A stretch of DNA of 6,335 nt, taken from positions 1 to 6,335 of the IMG/VR virus record IMGVR_UViG_3300045988_011450. One strand, written 5' to 3'. The DNA comes from a virus. The position numbers and the translations under genes are program-made. The notes under the pieces were generated by a model, which had not been told where the DNA came from, searched no databases, and saw only the letters and a list, made by a program, of their open reading frames with translations. Of the stretch, positions 1-5,416 are shown in pieces (position 1 is the first letter of the stretch; the number at the start of each line of letters is the position of its first letter).

Positions 1-55
1 TCGGAGCTGAATTTATGGCAGGTATTCGCCAAGGTGGTATTAATGGAGCTCCTGG
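1..55. repeat. Terminal direct repeat, copy 1 (circular-genome overlap)
   Basis: The 55 nt tcggagctgaatttatggcaggtattcgccaaggtggtattaatggagctcctgg are identical at 1-55 and 6281-6335. The capsid reading frame is continuous across the junction. Confidence 0.97.
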
Positions 56-1019
56 TAATGGTCAAACCGCTACTGCTTACCCAAGCGGCAATTTAGATGG
101 CGGTTCTCCTTATTTTTATGCTAAAGGTACATCGAAATCTCCTGTTGGTTCGGTTGCTCTTCCTGCCTATATTTCAGGTTCTGATTTGACTTCCTCTCTT
201 TCGGGTACGTTAGAAGCTCAGTTCTCTGTTCTTCAACTTCGTGCAGCCGAAGCTATGCAGAAATGGAAAGAGATTGCTTTGGCTAATGGTCAAAACTATG
301 CTGCTCAGGTCAAGGCACATTTTGGTGTAAGTGTTAATCCTTTGCAGGCACATCGCTCTACTCGTATTTGCGGTTTTGATGGTTCTATTGATATTTCTGC
401 TGTCGAGAACACAAATCTTACTTCTGATGAGGCAATTATCCGTGGTAAAGGTTTAGGCGGTCAACGTGTGAATAATCCTGAAACGTTTACTTGTGATGAA
501 CATGGTATTTTAATGTGTATTTATCATGCTACACCGCTTTTGGATTATGTCCCTTCGGGTCCTGATTTGCAACTTCTTTCTACTGTTGACGGCGCTTCTT
601 GGCCTGTTCCTGAGTTTGATTCTTTAGGCTTGGAGTCTTTGCCTTTTTTACCTTTGATTAATGTTAAGGAGATTAGCCCTGTTCTTCCGAATAAGTTTAT
701 CGGTTATGTTCCTCGTTATATCAGTTGGAAAACTTCTACTGATGTCGTCCGAGGTGCATTTACGGATACCTTACGTTCATGGGTTGCACCTGTCAATAAA
801 GAGTATTTGATGAAGTTTACTCAGATTCCTGATAATGTTTCTCCTTCTGAAGGTGGTTATAACTTTTCGTATAGTTGGTTTAAAATCAATCCTTCGGTTG
901 TTAATCCTATTTTTGGTGTTGCTGCTGGTGATGACTGGAATTCTGACCAATTACTTTGTAATTGCCAGTTTGATGTGAAAGTTGCTCGTAATCTTTCGTA
1001 TGACGGTATGCCTTATTGA
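1..1019 (+). CDS. VP1: Major capsid protein VP1, C-terminal part (wraps from 6280; codons start at positions divisible by 3; stop TGA 1017-1019)
   Basis: Track ORF 15..1019 is in the same frame as the 5413 ORF once 6281 is equated with 1. 868 nt (5413-6280) plus 1019 nt gives 1887 nt, i.e. 628 codons plus stop. Codons are strongly T-ending. Confidence 0.95.
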   Translation, partial: GAEFMAGIRQGGINGAPGNGQTATAYPSGNLDGGSPYFYAKGTSKSPVGSVALPAYISGSDLTSSLSGTLEAQFSVLQLRAAEAMQKWKEIALANGQNYAAQVKAHFGVSVNPLQAHRSTRICGFDGSIDISAVENTNLTSDEAIIRGKGLGGQRVNNPETFTCDEHGILMCIYHATPLLDYVPSGPDLQLLSTVDGASWPVPEFDSLGLESLPFLPLINVKEISPVLPNKFIGYVPRYISWKTSTDVVRGAFTDTLRSWVAPVNKEYLMKFTQIPDNVSPSEGGYNFSYSWFKINPSVVNPIFGVAAGDDWNSDQLLCNCQFDVKVARNLSYDGMPY

Positions 1020-1041
1020 TTTATTTAAAAATTTTACTATT

Positions 1042-1524
1042 ATGTCTAAATTTGGTTTTTCTCGTTATAGTTTGAATGTTGATAATCAGCTTCATTCTAA
1101 TACAGTTGTTTGTTGTTCTGATGCGTCTGTTGCGTTGGCTGGTGTATTACCTGAGATTTCGCCTGTTGAAGATTTTCTCTTTAATCATAATGTAGATGGT
1201 ACAGTTACTTTTGTAAGTGATTATGGTGTTCTTGCTGGACAGGCTGCAATTGATCAGATGAATCCGACTCAGTTGCGTCGTTATCTGAATGGTTTACGTC
1301 CTTCTTCATCTCCTTATACTAATCATTATGATGATGATTTCCTTTTGGAATATTGTAAGGATAGAAATATCCAGTCTTACACTGAAATGCAAGCTTGGCT
1401 TGATCATTTGATTTCAGAGGGTCAATCTATTGAGAGTGATGTTGCTGCTTATCAGGCTGCTAAGTTGGCAGAGCAACAAAAGTCTGCTGATCCTGCAAAT
1501 AATGCCCAATCTTCTACGGAATGA
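1042..1524 (+). CDS. Hypothetical protein, 160 aa (position suggests a scaffolding or other morphogenesis role; not recognisable by motif)
   Basis: This is the track ORF 982..1524. I prefer the ATG at 1042 (MSKFGFSRYS...) because it lies 22 nt after the capsid stop instead of inside the capsid gene. Codon bias is strongly T-ending. Its stop overlaps the VP2 start (ATGA at 1521-1524). Confidence 0.7.
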   Translation: MSKFGFSRYSLNVDNQLHSNTVVCCSDASVALAGVLPEISPVEDFLFNHNVDGTVTFVSDYGVLAGQAAIDQMNPTQLRRYLNGLRPSSSPYTNHYDDDFLLEYCKDRNIQSYTEMQAWLDHLISEGQSIESDVAAYQAAKLAEQQKSADPANNAQSSTE

Positions 1525-2618
1525 TAGGTGCGGCTATCGGTGCCGCTGGTTCACTTGCCAGCGGTGTCGTTAATGCTATTGGCAATAATCGTCAAGGTTC
1601 TAAGAATAGAAAACATCAACTTGAAATGCAGCGGATTCAGAACGAATGGGCAAGTGCTGAGTCTCAGAAATCACGTGATTTTGCTAAGTCAATGTTTGAT
1701 GCTTCTAATGAATGGAATTCGGCTAAAAATCAGCGTGCACGTTTAGAGGAAGCTGGTTTAAATCCTTATTTGATGATGAATGGTGGTTCAGCTGGTATGG
1801 CTCAGTCTACATCTGCAACTGCTACTGGTGGTTCTTCTGGTTCTGGTGGTTCACCTTATCAATACACACCTACCAATATGGTTGGTGATGTTGCTTCTTT
1901 TGCTGGTGCTATGAAGTCTCTTTCTGACGCTCGTAAGTCTGGCACAGAAGCTGATTTGTTGGGTAAGTATGGTGATTCTGATTATTCTTCTCGTATTGCT
2001 AACACAGAGGCTGATACTTATTTTAAACAGCGTCAATCTGATGTTGCTACTGCACAAAAAGCTAATTTGCTTTTGTCTGCCGAAGCTCAGCAAGTTATGA
2101 ATATGTATCTTCCGCAGGAAAAACAGATAGCTCTTTCTACACTTGGTGCTCAGTACTGGAATATGATTAGAGATGGCTCTATCAAAGAAGAACAAGCAAA
2201 AAATCTTCTTGCTACTCGTTTGGAGATTGAAGCCCGTACAGCTGGCCAACATATTTCTAATAAGGTTGCTCGTTCAACTGCTGATAGTATTATTGACGCT
2301 ACTAATACTGCTAAGATGAATGAAGCTGCTTATAATAGAGGTTATTCTCAATTTTCTAATGATGTTGGTTATCGTACAGGCAAAATGGACCGTTGGTCTC
2401 AGGATCCTGTCAAAGCTCGTTGGGATAGAGGTATAAATAATGCTGGTAAGTTTATCGACGGACTTTCTAATATTGTCGGTTCTGTTACTAAGTTTGGTTT
2501 TTTAAGAAATGCTAACAAGTCGTTAAAAGAGTCTAAGCGTCAATTTGACCGCGGTACGGTTGATATTTTTGATGATAATCGCGGTTATTCTTGGACTCGT
2601 CAACATCGTGGTCGTTAG
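1521..2618 (+). CDS. VP2: Minor capsid / DNA pilot protein VP2 (H-like)
   Basis: 365 aa. The N-terminus is a small-residue hydrophobic segment (MIGAAIGAAGSLASGVVNAIG). It is followed by NSAKNQRARLEEAGLNPYLMM, with AGLNP at 1752-1766, the motif shared by microvirus VP2 pilot proteins. A Gly/Ser-rich linker and a long predicted helical region follow. The position after VP1 fits. Confidence 0.87.
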   Translation: MIGAAIGAAGSLASGVVNAIGNNRQGSKNRKHQLEMQRIQNEWASAESQKSRDFAKSMFDASNEWNSAKNQRARLEEAGLNPYLMMNGGSAGMAQSTSATATGGSSGSGGSPYQYTPTNMVGDVASFAGAMKSLSDARKSGTEADLLGKYGDSDYSSRIANTEADTYFKQRQSDVATAQKANLLLSAEAQQVMNMYLPQEKQIALSTLGAQYWNMIRDGSIKEEQAKNLLATRLEIEARTAGQHISNKVARSTADSIIDATNTAKMNEAAYNRGYSQFSNDVGYRTGKMDRWSQDPVKARWDRGINNAGKFIDGLSNIVGSVTKFGFLRNANKSLKESKRQFDRGTVDIFDDNRGYSWTRQHRGR

Positions 2619-2642
2619 TTGTCTTTTGTTTTTACTCCTTTT

Positions 2643-2674
2643 AAGGGATTGGCTTTAATTAGTCAGTCCCTTTT
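2643..2674 (+). terminator. Hairpin plus short T run 25 nt after the VP2 stop (candidate intrinsic terminator or ssDNA hairpin)
   Basis: AAGGGATTGGCT (2643-2654) pairs with AGTCAGTCCCTT (2661-2672) over 12 positions, two of them G-T/U wobbles. The loop is TTAATT, and TT follows at 2673-2674. The T tract is short, so terminator function is uncertain. Confidence 0.35.
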
Positions 2675-2865
2675 CCGTATGGCCCTTCTGCTTCACTACA
2701 TTTCTTGTCCCTTCTATCCGTCCAGCCAGCTGGGGGGGCCCTCTGGGGGGAGCAAGGCTCCCTAAATCTCTATGACGAGACGGGAGTCGAGCATGAAAAA
2801 AACGTCGGCCGTCCACGGGCCGCAGCCGTGGCCCTCGGAGAGTCTTAGCGAAGCGTTGTTCTGCA
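2675..2865 (+). other. GC-rich structured noncoding island (candidate ssDNA origin structure or ncRNA; family unknown)
   Basis: Hand count gives 79 G+C in the 120 nt at 2721-2840 (66%), against visibly AT/T-rich coding flanks. It contains G7 (2732-2738) and G6 (2745-2750). Hairpins are GGGAGC-aag-GCTCCC (2748-2762) and CCACGG-gccgcag-CCGTGG (2813-2831). ORFs here lack the genome's T-ending codon bias. Confidence 0.55.
2848..2854 (+). other. GCGAAGC mini-hairpin heptamer, copy 1
   Basis: Exact GCGAAGC read at 2848-2854 in the packaged-sense strand. Confidence 0.5.
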
Positions 2866-2884
2866 TAGTTTATAAATTTTACTG

Positions 2885-2909
2885 GTACGAAGTTCTCCGA
2901 CTTTCGTGC
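2885..2909 (+). other. Stem-loop (9 bp with one bulge, loop TCTCCG)
   Basis: GTACGAAGT (2885-2893) pairs with ACTTTCGTGC (2900-2909). T2902 is bulged and there is one G-T wobble. Confidence 0.45.
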
Positions 2910-2914
2910 GAAGC
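2908..2914 (+). other. GCGAAGC mini-hairpin heptamer, copy 2
   Basis: Exact GCGAAGC at 2908-2914, 60 nt after copy 1. It overlaps the base of the 2885-2909 stem. Confidence 0.5.
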
Positions 2915-2915
2915 A

Positions 2916-2941
2916 AATCGGATTAATTGTTATTTCCGATT
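2916..2941 (+). promoter_or_regulatory. Perfect 7-bp stem with 12-nt AT-rich loop, 87 nt upstream of the Rep gene (candidate origin hairpin)
   Basis: AATCGGA (2916-2922) pairs perfectly with TCCGATT (2935-2941). The loop is TTAATTGTTATT. Confidence 0.4.
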
Positions 2942-3015
2942 CAAACACCCTTGTTCACGATTGGCGAAAGTCACATGACTATATTAAAGGTATTGCGTAA
3001 TAAAAAAAAAGTTTT

Positions 3016-3023
3016 TATGTTTG
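3016..3023 (+). promoter_or_regulatory. Bacteroides-type -7 promoter motif TAnnTTTG (TATGTTTG) upstream of VP4
   Basis: TATGTTTG lies 4 nt before the VP4 ATG. A partial -33-like ATTG sits at 2992-2995, giving a 20-nt spacer. An A9 tract (3002-3010) lies between them. The motif is so close to the ATG that the transcript would be nearly leaderless, so this call is tentative. Confidence 0.25.
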
Positions 3024-3027
3024 CAGC

Positions 3028-4647
3028 ATGCTAAACGAAAGAAGTAAAACATATGGTTCCTGTGCTCACCCTCGTATAATTAAGAATAAATATACAGGTG
3101 ACCCTGTTTATGTTCCTTGCGGTTCTTGTGAGTTTTGTATTCACAACCGTTCTGTTAAATCGGAGCTTAAATGCAACGTTCAACTTGCTTCTTCTAAGTA
3201 TTGTGAATTTGTTACGCTTACTTATTCTACTGAGTATTTGCCGGTAGGTAAATTTTATCAAGGTTCTCGTGGTGAGGTTCGTTTTCGGTCGTTATCTCGT
3301 GATTTTGTTTATTCATATAAGACTGTTCAAGGTTATAACCGTAATATATCGTTTAATGATGAAGTTTTTGATTTTGATACTCAGTTGTCTTGGGAGGCTG
3401 CACAATTATTGCAGAAAAAGACGCATTTACATTATACTGCTTTTCCTGATGGTCGGCGTGTTTATAATAGACCTTATATGGAAAATTTTATCGGTTATCT
3501 TAACTACCGTGATATACAGCTTTTTCTGAAACGTTTAAATCAAAATATAAGGAGTATTACAAATGAAAAGATTTACTACTACGTTACTGGCGAGTATGGA
3601 CCAACGACTTTCCGCCCGCATTTCCATCTCTTATTTTTCTTCGACTCGGAAAAGCTCCGACAAAGTTTTAGACAGTTTGTTTCTAAGAGCTGGCGATTTG
3701 GTGATTCAGATACGCAACATGTCTGGTCGTCCGCTTCATGCTACGTTGCGGGATATGTCAATAGTATTGCGTGCCTTCCCGACTTTTTTAAGAATAGTAG
3801 GCATATTAAGCCGTTCGGGCGCTTTTCTGTCCATTTTGCGCAATCCGCTTTTGATGAAGTGTTTAAACCGCAAGAAGATGAAGAAATATTCTCTTTATTC
3901 TATGATGGTCGAGTCCTTGACCTTAATGGAAAGCCTACGCTTGTTAAACCTACAAGGTCGCATATCAATAGATTATACCCCCGACTTAATAAGTCTAAGC
4001 ATGCGTCTGTGGTTGATGATATACGAGTTGCAACAACTGTATCAAAACTCCCACAAGTCCTTGCAAAATTCGGCTTTATTGATGAGGTAAGTTCTTTTGA
4101 GTTTTCAAAGCGTGTTTATTATTTGATTCGTCGGTATTTGGAAGTTGATCATTGCTTGGATTCTGCGCCTGAGGAACTTCGTATAATTTATAATGCTTGT
4201 CGCCTTTCGTTGTATATCAACTTTTCGGATGAAAGCGGTTGCTCTGCTATTTATCGTTTGTTGCTTCAGTATCGTAACTTAGTCGATAATTGGATTACTG
4301 CTCCTGCTGGTTCTGTTGCCTTTACTGGTCAATTACGTAAAGCTGTGAGGTCTATTCATTCTTTCTATGATTATTGTTCTCGACGCTCTTTGCATGATCA
4401 GCTTGTTAAGGTTGAAAAGTGGTCTAATGATTCTTATGTACGTGATAATTTGTCAATATATTATTTTTACCCGTTGACTGATGTTGATATAATGAAGAAA
4501 TCTTTTTCAGAGATAGTGTTTGGTAGCTCTGTTCTTCGAGCCAGCTATGCAGATTATGCAGCGGATAATCGTGAACGTATCAAACATAAAGCTCTGAATG
4601 ATAAGAATTCTTTGTTGATTGCAGAAGTTGACAAAAAACCTGTTTAA
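3028..4647 (+). CDS. VP4: Replication initiation protein VP4 (HUH rolling-circle endonuclease, phiX174 gpA-like)
   Basis: 539 aa. RCR motif I is FVTLTY (3208-3225). The HUH motif is HFH within RPHFHLLFFF (3619-3627). The two-tyrosine motif YVAGY within CYVAGYVNS (3742-3756) resembles my recollection of phiX174 gpA YVAKYVNK. The N-terminus has a Cys/His cluster, CAH...PCGSCEFCIH. Confidence 0.94.
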   Translation: MLNERSKTYGSCAHPRIIKNKYTGDPVYVPCGSCEFCIHNRSVKSELKCNVQLASSKYCEFVTLTYSTEYLPVGKFYQGSRGEVRFRSLSRDFVYSYKTVQGYNRNISFNDEVFDFDTQLSWEAAQLLQKKTHLHYTAFPDGRRVYNRPYMENFIGYLNYRDIQLFLKRLNQNIRSITNEKIYYYVTGEYGPTTFRPHFHLLFFFDSEKLRQSFRQFVSKSWRFGDSDTQHVWSSASCYVAGYVNSIACLPDFFKNSRHIKPFGRFSVHFAQSAFDEVFKPQEDEEIFSLFYDGRVLDLNGKPTLVKPTRSHINRLYPRLNKSKHASVVDDIRVATTVSKLPQVLAKFGFIDEVSSFEFSKRVYYLIRRYLEVDHCLDSAPEELRIIYNACRLSLYINFSDESGCSAIYRLLLQYRNLVDNWITAPAGSVAFTGQLRKAVRSIHSFYDYCSRRSLHDQLVKVEKWSNDSYVRDNLSIYYFYPLTDVDIMKKSFSEIVFGSSVLRASYADYAADNRERIKHKALNDKNSLLIAEVDKKPV

Positions 4648-4654
4648 TATAAGT

Positions 4655-4798
4655 ATGAAAGATTATTATTATGCTATTCTTTATTTTGGTGAGGATTCTG
4701 TGAAGGTTGTTATGACCCTTGATCAGATTGATTCTGTTCTTAAAACAGGGCATACTGTTGAAATTCTTGAGCGTGTTCATCTTTTAATTACTGATTGA
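4655..4798 (+). CDS. Small hypothetical protein, 47 aa (not in the ORF track)
   Basis: My translation is MKDYYYAILYFGEDSVKVVMTLDQIDSVLKTGHTVEILERVHLLITD. 33 of 47 codons end in T, matching the genome's coding bias. It fills the gap exactly, starting 7 nt after the VP4 stop and stopping 1 nt before the next ATG. I recognise no homology. Confidence 0.5.
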   Translation: MKDYYYAILYFGEDSVKVVMTLDQIDSVLKTGHTVEILERVHLLITD

Positions 4799-4799
4799 T

Positions 4800-5204
4800 A
4801 TGTATAAGCCTAAGTATTTTTCTTTGCAAGAATTGATTGATACGTCTGTTACAACTCTTGCTAATAATATTCCAAATTGGGATAGTTTGGAGAACCTTCT
4901 TGTTTTGTGCGAAAAGATTCTTGATCCTTTGCGTGATGCATTTTGCAAACCTTTGTTCGTAAATTCTGGCTATCGTTCTAATTTTGTGAATGAAGCTGTT
5001 GGAGGTGTTTCTACTTCTCAACATAAATTAGGTTGTGCTGCTGATTTATCTGTTCGCTCTGATTGTTCGTTGTCTGAGTTATTTGAGCTTGTGCAGGATT
5101 TACATTTACCTTTTGATCAGCTTATTTATTATAAGAAAAGACGTTTTATTCATGTGTCTTGGTCTCCTACTCCACGGTCTCAGGTGATTGTCCGTAATGA
5201 ATAA
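4800..5204 (+). CDS. Zinc D,D- or L,D-peptidase, Peptidase_M15_3 / M15A-like (putative peptidoglycan hydrolase, endolysin candidate)
   Basis: 134 aa. It has the SGYRS...N..VGG..SQHKLGCAAD pattern, with H-x6-D formed by H75 (5022-5024) and D82 (5043-5045). A distal FIHV histidine, H118, sits at 5151-5153. This is the H-x6-D...H zinc triad layout of VanY/M15 phage peptidases. No signal peptide or TM segment is visible. Confidence 0.85.
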   Translation: MYKPKYFSLQELIDTSVTTLANNIPNWDSLENLLVLCEKILDPLRDAFCKPLFVNSGYRSNFVNEAVGGVSTSQHKLGCAADLSVRSDCSLSELFELVQDLHLPFDQLIYYKKRRFIHVSWSPTPRSQVIVRNE

Positions 5205-5416
5205 TGCTTGATATTCCTTTATCTTTCCCGTCTATTCATAATGATTTGGTAGACGGAATACCTGAAAATTATGTTTCCTATTATAAAAAGTATTTATATG
5301 AAATTGAATTTTTCCGTCTTAAAAAAAGTGATTCTTCTGATTCACGACATTGTGACGTTCCTCTTGTCAAGGAAGAAAAACAATTAGTTATTAATTTTAA
5401 ATTTGATGAAAAATGA
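5204..5416 (+). CDS. Hypothetical protein, 70 aa
   Basis: Its start overlaps the peptidase stop (TAATG) and its stop overlaps the VP1 start (ATGA). 38 of 70 codons end in T. The protein is charged (K/E/D rich) with no TM segment, and I recognise no motif. Confidence 0.5.
   Translation: MLDIPLSFPSIHNDLVDGIPENYVSYYKKYLYEIEFFRLKKSDSSDSRHCDVPLVKEEKQLVINFKFDEK
5398..5405 (+). promoter_or_regulatory. TAnnTTTG motif (TAAATTTG) 7 nt upstream of the VP1 start
   Basis: Read directly. It lies inside the 70-aa ORF. I saw no good -33 TTTG at the expected spacing, so this may be chance in a T-rich genome. Confidence 0.2.

Noticed and set aside
982-1041. Upstream ATG at 982 for the 160-aa ORF, as listed in the ORF track.
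   Set aside because: It would overlap the capsid gene by 38 nt and add a hydrophobic, non-gene-like extension (MLVIFRMTVCLIDLFKNFTI). The ATG at 1042 follows the capsid stop cleanly. The longer form cannot be fully excluded.
1851-2252. Minus-strand ORFs antisense to core genes (1851..2252, 3031..3261, 4580..4780, 4788..5024, 5422..5703) and short + off-frame ORFs (1528..1746, 3269..3529).
   Set aside because: All lie inside strongly supported + strand genes. Their translations are low-complexity (K/R/I/L/F-rich), as expected from the reverse or shifted reading of T-biased codons. None has a motif.
2769-2806. Ribozyme- or tRNA-like fragments in the GC island. One is CTATGACGAG...GAAAAAAACGTC, reminiscent of hammerhead CUGAUGAG...GAAAC...GUC. 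The other is minus-strand CTCGACTCCCG (2781-2791), reminiscent of a tRNA/tmRNA T-arm.
   Set aside because: The hammerhead core does not match (CUAUGAC instead of CUGAUGA) and no consistent stems I-III can be drawn. The T-arm-like piece has no complementary 5' stem strand and no acceptor or D-arm context. I also found no convincing HDV-like, twister or known riboswitch core by eye, but a covariance-model scan is needed.
2655-2948. Minus-strand ORF of 97 codons (GTG start, Arg/Pro/Gly-rich) that spans almost the whole VP2-VP4 spacer, and the + ORF at 2772..2978 (68 aa).
   Set aside because: Their composition simply reflects the GC-rich island. The + ORF has only 14 of 68 T-ending codons, unlike every supported gene. 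The minus ORF would be the only antisense gene in a family that transcribes one strand. Neither has a recognisable motif. I treat the region as noncoding, but conservation analysis could overturn this.
2994-3026. dif-like XerC/XerD half-sites, which would suggest a temperate lifestyle as shown for some gokushovirus prophages. Examples are TGCGTAATAA ... TTATGTTTGC with the inverted repeat ATAAAAA/TTTTTAT, and TTCTGCATAG-TTTATA at 2858-2875.
   Set aside because: In the first candidate the arms are separated by about 11 nt instead of the usual 6-8, and the XerD-like arm diverges after TTATGTT. The second has no XerD arm. The host dif sequence would be needed for a fair test.
5207-5215. CTTGATATT, a 9-nt match to the nick-site core of the phiX174 origin (CAACTTGATATTAATAAC as I recall it).
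   Set aside because: The 8-mer TTGATATT also occurs at 388-395 and 2560-2567, as ordinary (V/I/L)-D-I codons in this T-rich genome. The match is therefore not specific, and the rest of the 30-nt phiX174 origin is absent.
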